Source: an uncultured Actinomycetota bacterium | Lineage (GTDB): Bacteria; Actinomycetota; Actinomycetes; JACCUZ01 | Direction: 5' to 3' | Assembly: GCA_963726615.1 (NCBI GenBank) | Contig: CAVSCX010000015.1 | Location: 13,822-77,821 of the forward strand | DNA length: 64,000 bases | Part shown: in pieces, positions 19,886 to 28,678 of the stretch | Position numbering within the stretch: position 1 is the stretch's first letter | Layout of the letters: each line of letters begins with the position of its first letter | Made by a program: the position numbers and the translations under genes | Notes under the pieces: generated by a model | Told to the model about the DNA's origin: nothing | The model's database searches: none | What the model saw: the letters and a program-made list of their open reading frames with translations, nothing else

Positions 19886-20694
19886 CGGCGCGTGCGGCCG
19901 AGCCGACCGTGCCAGGGACGGAGCCGATGAGCGCGGCGGCGTACGAGCGGCACCTCGCGAAGCTGCAGCGGGAGCTGGTGAAGCTGCAGGAGTGGGTCGT
20001 GCACGAGGGCCTGCGGGTCTGCGTGCTCTTCGAGGGCCGTGACGCTGCCGGCAAGGGCGGCACGATCAAGCGCATCGTCGACCGGACCAATCCGCGTGTC
20101 GTCCGGGTGGTGGCCCTCGCCAAGCCGGACGAGCGCGAGCGCACGCAGTGGTACTTCCAGCGCTACGTCGCCCAGCTGCCCGCGGCCGGTGAGGTCGTGC
20201 TGTTCGACCGCAGCTGGTACAACCGGGCCGGCGTCGAGCACGTGATGGGCTTCTGCTCCGATGCGGAGTACGAGGAGTTCCTGCGGTCGGCACCCGGTCT
20301 GGAGGCCATGCTCATCCGGTCCGGCATCATCCTCGTCAAGTACTGGTTCTCCGTGAGCGACGAGGAGCAGGAACGCCGATTCCAGGAGCGGATCCGGAAC
20401 CCGCGCAAGCGGTGGAAGCTCAGTGAGATGGACCTGCAGTCCCGGGCCCGCTGGGTCGACTACTCCCGGGCCAAGGACCGCATGTTCGAGCTCACCGACA
20501 CCAAGCTGTCGCCGTGGTGGGTGGTGGACGCCGACGACAAGCGCAGAGCCCGGCTCAACTGCATCCACCACCTGCTCTCGCAGGTGCCCTACCAGGACTG
20601 CACGTCGACGCCGCTCGTCCTCCCTCCCCGGCAGGCCGACGACTACGTCCGGCCGCCGCAGACCGAGCTGACGGCTGTGCCCGAGCGCTACTAG
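19882..20694 (+). CDS. ppk2: polyphosphate kinase 2 (PPK2) family protein, tandem paralogue
   Basis: ATGA overlap with the first PPK2. VCVLFEGRDAAGKGGTIKRI and YFQRYVAQLPAAGEVVLFDRSWYNRA. Confidence 0.9.
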   Translation: MTARAAEPTVPGTEPMSAAAYERHLAKLQRELVKLQEWVVHEGLRVCVLFEGRDAAGKGGTIKRIVDRTNPRVVRVVALAKPDERERTQWYFQRYVAQLPAAGEVVLFDRSWYNRAGVEHVMGFCSDAEYEEFLRSAPGLEAMLIRSGIILVKYWFSVSDEEQERRFQERIRNPRKRWKLSEMDLQSRARWVDYSRAKDRMFELTDTKLSPWWVVDADDKRRARLNCIHHLLSQVPYQDCTSTPLVLPPRQADDYVRPPQTELTAVPERY

Positions 20695-20805
20695 GGCCGG
20701 GTCGGGTCCCCGCTCGGAGTGGCGGCGCGTCACCAGTCCGCTCGCCCGCCGGGCCCGCTGGTCCGATCATGCTCGAGGGGCTCGCACCCGGCGACTCGGG
20801 GGGCG

Positions 20806-21455
20806 AGATGGCCGGCGCCCGACCTTCCGTAACGGTCACGGCGCTCGCGATACTCCGTGTCATGGTCGTGTCACGCGGGTTCGGCGGCCTTCGGCGCGGT
20901 TCGGCGGACCTGCCGCCCGGGCAGTACCTCACCGAGGACTTCCCGGTGCTCACCGCCGGGCCGACACCGCGGGTGCCGACAGACACCTGGGAGCTCGCCG
21001 TCTCCACCGAGACCGGTGCGGTGCACCGGTGGGACTGGGCGACCTTCCGCGGGCTGCCGCAGGAGACACCCACCGTCGACCTGCACTGCGTCACCAGCTG
21101 GTCCAAGCTCGGCACCGACTGGCAGGGCGTCTCGCTGGACGTGCTGCTCGAGGACGTCGAGACCACGGCCGATTACGCGGTCATCACGTCGTACGGCGGG
21201 TACACGACCAACCTTCCCCTCGCCGACCTGCTCGACGGCCAGGCCTGGGTCGCGCACAGCTACGACGGTGCGGATCTGGAGCCCGCCCACGGAGGCCCGG
21301 CCCGGCTGCTGGTGCCGCACCTCTACCTGTGGAAGAGCGCCAAGTGGGTGCGCCACATCCGGCTCTCCCACGACGACGAGCCCGGGTTCTGGGAGACGGC
21401 CGGCTACCACGCGTACGGCGACCCGTGGCGCGAGCAGCGCTACTGGGACTCGTGA
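20806..21455 (+). CDS. sulfite-oxidase-family molybdopterin-binding oxidoreductase (YedY/MsrP-like catalytic domain)
   Basis: LPPGQYLTEDFPVLTAGPTPRV...LHCVTSWSKLGTDWQGVSLDVLL...LLVPHLYLWKSAKWVRHIRL. Start uncertain (ATG 20769, ATG 20806 or GTG about 20851). Confidence 0.7.
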
Positions 21456-21470
21456 CCGGGTGAGCCGCTC

Positions 21471-22208
21471 GTGAGGGGCTGGCGGCCCGCGGCGGTCGCG
21501 TCGGTCCGGTCCGAGTCGGCCTCGGCGCGCACCGTGGCGCTCGAGGTCGCCGACTGGTCCGGGCACCTGGCCGGTCAGCACGTCGACGTCCGGCTCACCG
21601 CCGAGGACGGCTACTCGGCGACCCGGTCCTACTCGATCGCGTCGGCCGCGGACGGCGCCGGAACGCCGGTCGAGATCACCGTCGAGCGGCTGCCCGACGG
21701 CGAGGTCTCGCCCTACCTCGTCGACGAGGTACGCCCCGGCGACCAGGTCGAGGTCCGCGGCCCGGTCGGCGGCTGGTTCGTCTGGCGGCCCGAGCAGCCC
21801 GAGCCGGTGCTGCTCGTCGGCGGCGGCTCCGGCCTGGTGCCGCTGATGGCGATCGTCCGCACGCACGCCGCGACCGGCTCGGGGGCACCGCTGCGCTTGG
21901 TGCACTCGGTGCGGACCCCCGCTGCGCTGCTGTATGCCGACGAGCTCGCCTCGCTGTCCGCGTCGACCGGCCTCGGCGTCACCCACGTCTTCAGCCGCGA
22001 GGCGCCGACCGCCTGGGACGGGACCGTCGGCCGGCTGGACGCCGACCGGCTCGCGCGGGTCGCCTTCGCGTCGGGCGACCGGCCGACGACCTACGTCTGC
22101 GGCCCGACCGGTTTCGTCGAGACCGTCGCCGACCTGCTCGTGACCGCCGGCCACGATCCGGCGCGGGTGCGCACCGAACGCTTCGGACCCTCAGGAGGTG
22201 GCCGATGA
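21471..22208 (+). CDS. ferredoxin-NADP reductase-like FAD/NAD-binding oxidoreductase
   Basis: RSYSIAS (FAD RxYS motif), LLVGGGSGLVPLMAI (NAD-binding GGxGxxP), FVCGPTGF C-terminal motif. Confidence 0.8.
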   Translation: MRGWRPAAVASVRSESASARTVALEVADWSGHLAGQHVDVRLTAEDGYSATRSYSIASAADGAGTPVEITVERLPDGEVSPYLVDEVRPGDQVEVRGPVGGWFVWRPEQPEPVLLVGGGSGLVPLMAIVRTHAATGSGAPLRLVHSVRTPAALLYADELASLSASTGLGVTHVFSREAPTAWDGTVGRLDADRLARVAFASGDRPTTYVCGPTGFVETVADLLVTAGHDPARVRTERFGPSGGGR

Positions 22209-22489
22209 GCAGTGACCCGGACGGGCCCAGGTTCCTCGACGGCAACGCGATCGGCGGGGTGCTCGCCGGCGTGTTCGCTGTCGACGTCACCGCTGCAGTC
22301 GGTCGGTGCGCCGGCTGCGGTCGGGAGGCCGTGCTCGCCGAGACGCACGTCTACGTCGACGCGCCCGGCACCGTGGTCCGGTGCGCGGGCTGCGAGGCGG
22401 TGCTGCTCCGGGTGGTGCAGGCGCCGGACCGCACCTGGCTGGACCTGCGCGGCCTCGCCGTGCTTCAGCTCGCGACGGGCGGCGGCTGA
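22205..22489 (+). CDS. small Cys4 protein (zinc-ribbon/rubredoxin-like), translationally coupled to the reductase
   Basis: ATGA overlap. ...GRCAGCGREAVLAETHVY...VVRCAGCEAVLLRVV. Confidence 0.5.
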   Translation: MSSDPDGPRFLDGNAIGGVLAGVFAVDVTAAVGRCAGCGREAVLAETHVYVDAPGTVVRCAGCEAVLLRVVQAPDRTWLDLRGLAVLQLATGGG

Positions 22490-22628
22490 TCCTGCGCTGA
22501 CTCCGGCACTGGTCGGGCGGGCCCCTCGGCTGCCCCGGGCAGCAGGCAGGTGTCGTCGTCGCACGTCGGTGCCGAGGTGTCGCCGACCATCACGAACGGC
22601 ACCGGTGCGCCGGTCCGGTCGCCTGTGC

Positions 22629-23288
22629 TCACGCCGCCCGCTCGGCCGCGACCTGGCTGAGGACCTGCGCGAAGGCCGCCGCCTCCTGGGCACCGGAGAC
22701 GCCGTAGCGGCCGTCGACGACGTAGAACGGCACGCCGTTGATGCCGTAGGTCACGGCCTGCGCCATGTCGGCCTTCACGTCGGGCAGGTAGCGGTGGTCG
22801 GCGAGCGCCGCGGCGGCCTCGTCGGGGTCCAGCCCGGCGTCGGCGGCCAGGCCGGCGAGCTCGTCGGCCCTCCCGACGTGGCGGCCCTCGACGAAGTACG
22901 CCCTGAGCAGTCGTTCCTTGAGCTCGGCCTGCCTGCCATGTGCCTTCGCGAAGTGCAGCAGCTCGTGCGCCAGCACGGTGTTGGTCTGGTGGATGTGGTC
23001 GTAGTCGTAGTCGAGCCCGACCTGCGCGGCGAGGCCCACGACACGGTCGACCATCGCGTGGGCCTGCTCACGCGAGGTGCCGTACTTGGCGGCCAGGTAG
23101 TCCACCGGCGTGCCGTCGAACTCGACCGGGGTGTCCGGCGCCAGCTCGAAGGAGTGGTACTCGACCTCGACGTCGACGCCGGACAGGGCCACCCCCTGCT
23201 CGAACCTGCGCTTGCCGATGTAGCACCACGGGCACTGCACGTCGGACCAGATGTCGACCTTGACCGGAGATGTCGTCACACCGATCAC
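22629..23288 (-). CDS. DsbA-family (FrnE-like) thiol-disulfide oxidoreductase
   Basis: VKVDIWSDVQCPWCYIGKRRFE CxxC active site. Full DSBA-like fold length. Confidence 0.85.
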   Translation of the reverse strand: MIGVTTSPVKVDIWSDVQCPWCYIGKRRFEQGVALSGVDVEVEYHSFELAPDTPVEFDGTPVDYLAAKYGTSREQAHAMVDRVVGLAAQVGLDYDYDHIHQTNTVLAHELLHFAKAHGRQAELKERLLRAYFVEGRHVGRADELAGLAADAGLDPDEAAAALADHRYLPDVKADMAQAVTYGINGVPFYVVDGRYGVSGAQEAAAFAQVLSQVAAERAA

Positions 23289-23357
23289 AAGCCGCCTAGA
23301 GGGGAAAGGTATTCCGCAGCGCGCACTGCGGCAGCCTCACGACGGAGCTGCACACTC

Positions 23358-23441
23358 GTGCCCCCGGTGGGATTCGAACCCACGATGGCGTTTCCGCGCC
23401 GGATTAAAAGTCCGGAGTCATCGGCCGCTAGACGACAGGGG
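23358..23441 (-). tRNA. tRNA-like gene, anticodon UUU (Lys) by manual folding, atypical 84 nt with a 15-nt variable arm
   Basis: Minus-strand sequence GCCCCTG-TC-GTCTAGCGGCCGATGAC-T-CCGGA-CTTTTAA-TCCGG-CGCGGAAACGCCATC-GTGGG-TTCGAAT-CCCAC-CGGGGGC-A. 7-bp acceptor, canonical T-arm, anticodon loop C-U-UUU-A-A. Confidence 0.6.
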
Positions 23442-23517
23442 CGGGCGCGGGTCGAGCCTCCGTCGAGGCACCCTGGAGAGACCTTCCGGATGAACCCGCC
23501 GCGAACACGCGGACAGG

Positions 23518-24189
23518 CTAGCGTCCGGCGCGCGGCATCTCGTCGAGGTCGGCAGTCTTCGTCGGGTCGGGCGCCGACCGCAGCGGGTCCCGGCGCATCG
23601 CCATGGCGACCAGGGCGAGAAACCCGGCTGCACCCACGAGCAGGCTCCCGACCCACAGCCAGGGCACGGGCGCCGGGCTCCACGTCAGCGCGCCGTGGAC
23701 CGTGACGTCCTCGGTCCCGGCGCGCAGCGGCACCGTCCACCGGGAGATGACACGTTGTCCGTTCGCGCCTGCCGGCGCGGCCAGTCCTGCGGGTGGCCGG
23801 GGCACCCGGATGTCCCGGAACCGCACGGTCGAGCCGGTCGAGACCGGTAGCCAGTGCGGCGGCGCCACGTCCGCCGCCGCAGGTCGCCGCTCGTCGACGA
23901 TGTCCACGGCCGGAGCCCGGTCGCTGCGCCACACGCCGTCGCGCGTGACCCGCAGGACCGGCTCGCCGTCAAGGCCGAGCACGACGACGGGCTCCGCACC
24001 CGTGTTGGTGACCCGGATCCAGGCGCCGTCCTCGGCCACCGTCACCGCGAGGCCGGCCACGGCCGGTCGTACGGACTCGGCAGTGGTCCGGTAGACCCCG
24101 TTGCCGTGCGCGGATGCCGGCCACGCCAGCATCAGCAGGGCCGATGTCGCCGTTGCCAGCAGGACGGTGGTGCGGCCGACGACCGTCAT
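23518..24189 (-). CDS. secreted hypothetical protein with C-terminal TM anchor
   Basis: Signal peptide MTVVGRTTVLLATATSALLMLAWPASAHG. C-terminal helix WLWVGSLLVGAAGFLALVAMAM. Confidence 0.5.
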   Translation of the reverse strand: MTVVGRTTVLLATATSALLMLAWPASAHGNGVYRTTAESVRPAVAGLAVTVAEDGAWIRVTNTGAEPVVVLGLDGEPVLRVTRDGVWRSDRAPAVDIVDERRPAAADVAPPHWLPVSTGSTVRFRDIRVPRPPAGLAAPAGANGQRVISRWTVPLRAGTEDVTVHGALTWSPAPVPWLWVGSLLVGAAGFLALVAMAMRRDPLRSAPDPTKTADLDEMPRAGR

Positions 24190-24297
24190 GGCCCCACGCC
24201 TCGGCGCGGGAGCGCCCCGCCGTTCGGGTCCGGGGCGCCGGGTCGTGGGATCCCCTCGCCGTTCGTCGGCTGGCTGGGAATCGCTGCCGGCTTCGGC

Positions 24298-24927
24298 TCA
24301 GGCGCCTCCTTGCCGGGACCTGCGCAGACGCGCCGCCACGAACAGCATCAGCGCCAGCACGAGCGCGAGCGCGCAGGCCAGGGCCGGCCCGGCGAGAGAG
24401 GCGGCCCGTGACGGGGTGGTCGCCCGTGGAGGCAGCGAGGCCGGGTCGAAGCCCGCGCTGAAGGACATGCCGCGCAGCTGCCCGTCGCCGGCGGTCGTGA
24501 AGACGCCGGTGGCCGAGCCGACCGTGGCTGCCTTCGCATCGACGCGCAGCGTCCAGTTCCCCGGCGGGAGGCGGAGCCGGGCCGCGAAGTGGCCCGCCGT
24601 GGACCGGTCCGGCTCCAGCTGCACGGTCCTCCGTCCCCAGGGCCCGGAGATGTCCGCCAGGACGAACTCGTCGGTAATCGGCTCGCGGTCGTCGGCGTAG
24701 ACGAGGAACGCGTGCACGACGGTCACGTCGGTCTGCGACGTGACGGCCAGCCGCACGATCGAGCGGTTCGTGTGCGCGACCGCCGAGACGCTGTGCCAGG
24801 GGGTGGCGGACACCAGCACGACGAGGAGCAGGAGCAGCCCGGTGCGCACGAGGTTCCGTGGCAGGCCCAGCGCGGGCGCCGACGTGGTGGCGGCACGTCG
24901 GCGCCGCCCGGCCCGCGGACATGCCAC
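24298..24927 (-). CDS. secreted hypothetical protein (CopC/YcnI-like beta-sandwich possible) with C-terminal TM anchor
   Basis: Signal peptide then mature N-terminus HTNRS. C-terminal LAGPALACALALVLALMLFVAARLRR. Confidence 0.45.
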   Translation of the reverse strand: MACPRAGRRRRAATTSAPALGLPRNLVRTGLLLLLVVLVSATPWHSVSAVAHTNRSIVRLAVTSQTDVTVVHAFLVYADDREPITDEFVLADISGPWGRRTVQLEPDRSTAGHFAARLRLPPGNWTLRVDAKAATVGSATGVFTTAGDGQLRGMSFSAGFDPASLPPRATTPSRAASLAGPALACALALVLALMLFVAARLRRSRQGGA

Positions 24928-25152
24928 GACGGTAGTCGCAGGCGGGCGCGGGATGCCTCGGTTCTTGGGGGACCACTGTGGGGGCCGATCCGGGGCAGAA
25001 CATGACGATCTGACGACTTCGGGCGCTGAGTGTGGCGAAGCGCTGGCGCCGGCCCGCGATCGCGAGCATCCTCCTCAAGCATCGCCGCAAGTGCGCCGCA
25101 AGTCCGCCGCCAGTAGCGGGGCGCACGGTGGGTCCAACAGGAGGAGGACCCG

Positions 25153-25509
25153 ATGTCCAGCCAGAACCGCAGGGCCCGCTACACGCTGACCTGCCCGGAG
25201 TGCCAGGCCGAGGTCTCGCTGTCAGCGCGCCGGCTGCTGGTCCGGCTGGACGAGGGGATGGCGACGCACGGCGAGGTGCTGTTCACCTGCCTGTCCTGCG
25301 ACTCGACGGTCTCGGTCGCCCTGGACGCCAGCGGCCTGGCGGCCCTGGTCACCGGCGGCGTGACCCATCTGAGCCTGTCCACACCGGTCGTGGAGCCGCT
25401 CGAGCGGGTGCCGGACGGGCCGCCGCTGACCATCGACGACCTGCTCGACCTGCACGGCGAGCTGGCGCGCGACACCTGGTTCCAGCAGCTGGTGGCCGAC
25501 GACTGCTGA
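25153..25509 (+). CDS. small Cys4 zinc-ribbon protein (paralogue of the 18433-18714 product)
   Basis: Strong RBS GGAGGAGG-N5-ATG. YTLTCPECQAEVSLSARRLLVRLDE...VLFTCLSCDSTVSVALD. Confidence 0.55.
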   Translation: MSSQNRRARYTLTCPECQAEVSLSARRLLVRLDEGMATHGEVLFTCLSCDSTVSVALDASGLAALVTGGVTHLSLSTPVVEPLERVPDGPPLTIDDLLDLHGELARDTWFQQLVADDC

Positions 25510-25532
25510 CCGACGGCCGCTGAGCGGCCGGG

Positions 25533-26672
25533 CTAGGCGACCGGCGGCTGGGCCGCGGACCGGGCCCGGGACACCTGCGCCAGCAGCTCGCGCTCGCGGG
25601 CGGGGAAGTCCGGCACGTCCAGACCGCGCTCCAGCCGGTCCCGCAGGAAGGCCAGCTCGGTCGCGGCGTGCTGGAACTCCCGCAGCGCCTGCGCCGGGCC
25701 CCCGCCGTACCGGCCGTGCACCCACTCCTGGGCCTGCCGCCGTCGCTGCAGCGAGGCGATCATCGGCACGTCTCCCGGGTCGAGCCAGCCGGCCTCGACG
25801 TACGCCGGCAGCCGGGCCGCGACCGTGCGTCCCTCCCGGCGCCGGGACCAGACTGCGATGCCTACCGCCAGCACCAGCACCGGCAGCATCACCAGCACGT
25901 AGCCGGTGAAGAACCCGGTCAGGCCGGACAGCGACGACAGGTTCCACGCGGCGTGCAGCAGCACCGCGAGCAGGTAGCCGACCAGCGGTGCACCGATCCG
26001 CAGACCCCGCCGGGTGGTCTGCGCCGCGATGCCGAGCCCGATGCCGATCATCGTGGTGAACAGCGGGTGCGCGAACGGGGACAGGATCCCGCGCAGCAGG
26101 AACGTGAACCCGGCCGCGAACAGCCCGGTCGCGAGGCCCTGCTGCTGGCCGGCCAGGAACGCGCGCCCGAAGTACAGGATGTTCTCGGTGAACGCGAAGC
26201 CAACGCCGGACAGCCCGGCGAGCACGATCCCGTCGACGACACCGTCGAACTCGTGTCGCCGGAACAGCAGGACCAGCAGGACGGCGGTGCCCTTGGCCGC
26301 CTCCTCGACCCACGGCGCCACCAGCACTGCGGTGGCGTCCATGCCCTCGGCGCCCGCTCCCGTGCGGGCGACGGCGATCAGGCTTGCGGTGTTGAGCACC
26401 GCGGCCGCCAGCGCGGCGACCGTCGCCCCCCAGGCGAACGCGAACACCAGCACCGACCTCGGCTCCGGCTCGAACCGGTCCAGCCAGCGGTACGCCGCCA
26501 GCACCACCGGCAGCGGCAGCAACGCCAGGGAGACGCCGATGAGGAAGCCGAGCACGCCGGTGTCGTGGGTGACGGCTCCGAGCAGCACCAGCGCGGACGC
26601 GCCCATGACCAGGACGAGGAAGCCCATCAGCAGCCACCGGCGCAGCCGCCACCACCCGTCCGTCGTGCCCAT
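25533..26672 (-). CDS. prsW: PrsW-family intramembrane metalloprotease
   Basis: Multi-TM protein with EEAAKG, FAFTENILYF and HAAWN motifs characteristic of PrsW/CPBP-like proteases. Confidence 0.75.
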   Translation of the reverse strand: MGTTDGWWRLRRWLLMGFLVLVMGASALVLLGAVTHDTGVLGFLIGVSLALLPLPVVLAAYRWLDRFEPEPRSVLVFAFAWGATVAALAAAVLNTASLIAVARTGAGAEGMDATAVLVAPWVEEAAKGTAVLLVLLFRRHEFDGVVDGIVLAGLSGVGFAFTENILYFGRAFLAGQQQGLATGLFAAGFTFLLRGILSPFAHPLFTTMIGIGLGIAAQTTRRGLRIGAPLVGYLLAVLLHAAWNLSSLSGLTGFFTGYVLVMLPVLVLAVGIAVWSRRREGRTVAARLPAYVEAGWLDPGDVPMIASLQRRRQAQEWVHGRYGGGPAQALREFQHAATELAFLRDRLERGLDVPDFPARERELLAQVSRARSAAQPPVA

Positions 26673-26844
26673 CGGGGGAGCCTAGCCAGCGGCCGCGCAC
26701 GTTCCCTCTGTCGGGATTGGCACCTCGTCGACGGGGAACTGGCGATCGAGGACGGGGGCCGGCATACGGCAGGGGACGCCGGTCCCCGTCCCTCGTGCGC
26801 AGAGCCTGTGGCCGTCGCTCTCGCCCGCCGACTAGCGTGCCGCC

Positions 26845-28212
26845 ATGCCCCTCGCCTCCCCGGTCGACCCTGCGCGGGTCGACGAGCTGCTCGCCGCCGA
26901 GAACCAGCGGTTCGCCGCCTCCAACCCCCGCAGCCGCGAGGTCTTCGAGCGGGCCCGCGCGGTGATGCCGGGCGGGGTGCCGATGAGCTGGATGGTCAAG
27001 TGGCCGGGGGACTTCCCGGTCTTCGTGGCGGAGGCCTCCGGCGCCCACTTCCGCGACCTCGACGGCCACGACTACGTCGACCTCTGCCTCGGTGACACCG
27101 GCGCGATGACCGGGCACTCGCCGGCGCCGACGGTCGCGACGGTCCGCGAGCAGGTGGGCCGCGGCATCACCGCGATGCTCCCGACCGAGGACTCGGTGGT
27201 GGTCGCCGAGGAGCTGCGCCGGCGGTTCGGCCTGCCGCTGTGGCAGTTCACCCTGTCGGCCACCGACGCCAACCGGCACGTCATCCGCTACGCCCGGCAC
27301 GTCACCGGCCGCCGGAAGGTCGTCGTGCACGACCACTGCTACCACGGAAGTGTCGACGAGACGTTCGCGACGTTGGACGGGGACGGCCGCACGGTGTCCC
27401 GGCGCGGGAACATCGGTGCGCCGGTCGACCCGGCGGAGACCACCTGGGTGGTGGAGTTCAACGACGTCGACGGCCTCGAGCGGGCGCTGTCGAGCGGCGA
27501 GATCGCCTGCGTTCTGGCCGAGCCCGCCCTGACCAACGTCGGCATCGTGCTGCCGGACGACGGCTACCACGAGGCGCTGCGCGAGCTGACCCGGCTCCAC
27601 GACGTCCTGCTGGTCATCGACGAGACGCACACGCTGTCAGCCGGGCCCGGAGGCTACACCGGCGCACACGGCCTGCAGCCCGACCTCATGACGATGGGCA
27701 AGGCGATCGCCGGCGGCATCGCGGCCGGCGCGTTCGGCATGACCGAGGAGGTCGCCGCCCGGGTCGCCGCCTCTATCGAGCTGGAGGACATCGACGTCGG
27801 CGGCATCGGCGGCACCCTCGCCGGGAACGCGCTCTCGCTGGCGGCCATGCGCACCACCCTCACCGAGGTGCTGACCGAGGAGGCGTACGGCCGGATGCTG
27901 CCGCTCGGCGACCGCTGGGCCGACGGCGTTGACGCCGGCATCGCGGCGTACGGCCTGCCGTGGCAGTGCACCCGGCTCGGTGCTCGCGGCGAGTACACCT
28001 TCACCGCGACGGCGCCGCGCACCGGTGCCGAGGCCTTCGCAGCCGGCGACTTCGCGCTGGAGCAGCTGCTGCACCTCTACGCGCTCAACCGCGGCGTCCT
28101 GCTCACGCCGTTCCACAACATGGCGCTGATGTCACCGGCAACGACCGAGGCCGACGTGGACCGGCACACCGACGTCTTCCACGACCTGCTCGCGGCGCTC
28201 CGTGCGGGCTGA
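26845..28212 (+). CDS. class III (PLP-dependent) aminotransferase, glutamate-1-semialdehyde aminomutase-like
   Basis: 455 aa. ...DLCLGDTGAMTGHSP...VLLVIDETHTLSAGPGGYT...MTMGKAIAGG (PLP-lysine region). Confidence 0.85.
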   Translation: MPLASPVDPARVDELLAAENQRFAASNPRSREVFERARAVMPGGVPMSWMVKWPGDFPVFVAEASGAHFRDLDGHDYVDLCLGDTGAMTGHSPAPTVATVREQVGRGITAMLPTEDSVVVAEELRRRFGLPLWQFTLSATDANRHVIRYARHVTGRRKVVVHDHCYHGSVDETFATLDGDGRTVSRRGNIGAPVDPAETTWVVEFNDVDGLERALSSGEIACVLAEPALTNVGIVLPDDGYHEALRELTRLHDVLLVIDETHTLSAGPGGYTGAHGLQPDLMTMGKAIAGGIAAGAFGMTEEVAARVAASIELEDIDVGGIGGTLAGNALSLAAMRTTLTEVLTEEAYGRMLPLGDRWADGVDAGIAAYGLPWQCTRLGARGEYTFTATAPRTGAEAFAAGDFALEQLLHLYALNRGVLLTPFHNMALMSPATTEADVDRHTDVFHDLLAALRAG

Positions 28213-28364
28213 CCCGTCTGGACACCGCAGCCGGGCAGCGTCACCCGGCTGGGCCACTCCTGGAATGACCCGGGTGGGTCATGGTGGGGCGAACCGGGCA
28301 TACCTAGGCTGGCCGCGGACCGGTCCGACGTCGACCGGTCCGACGACGAAGGAGGCGCGCAGCG

Positions 28365-28537
28365 TGGTGCCCAGTGGTGACGGCCGGCTGCAGGACCCGC
28401 AGGCCCTGGACGAGATCGAGCTGTACGCCGAGCTCGTCATCGCCGCCTCGTCCTCGGAGCGCCCCCTGAGCCCGGCCGAGATCGACCGCGTCCTCGGTCT
28501 GCGGCGCGGCGCCGAGTCCGAGTCCCAGCCCGCCTGA
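28365..28537 (+). CDS. small hypothetical protein (57 aa)
   Basis: Strong RBS GAAGGAGG 8 nt before GTG. Product VVPSGDGRLQDPQALDEIELYAELVIAASSSERPLSPAEIDRVLGLRRGAESESQPA. Confidence 0.35.
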
Positions 28538-28678
28538 CGCCCCGGCGAGGGTCCGCCCGCGCGGGCCCGGGACGCCCCGGATTGCGGTGTCCCGGCCCGG
28601 TGGCTCTAGCATCCTCCCGGACCGTGCCTCACCGACCGCCGTACGTGCCTGCCCTCATGTCGCAAGCCGGGAGACTCC

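Noticed and set aside
23289-23517. Possible genomic island inserted at the tRNA
   Set aside because: No integrase, direct-repeat duplication of the tRNA 3' end, or GC-content shift was seen on either side.
25222-27630. 802-aa minus-strand ORF over prsW and the aminotransferase
   Set aside because: Antisense artefact. The sense-strand products have strong family signatures.
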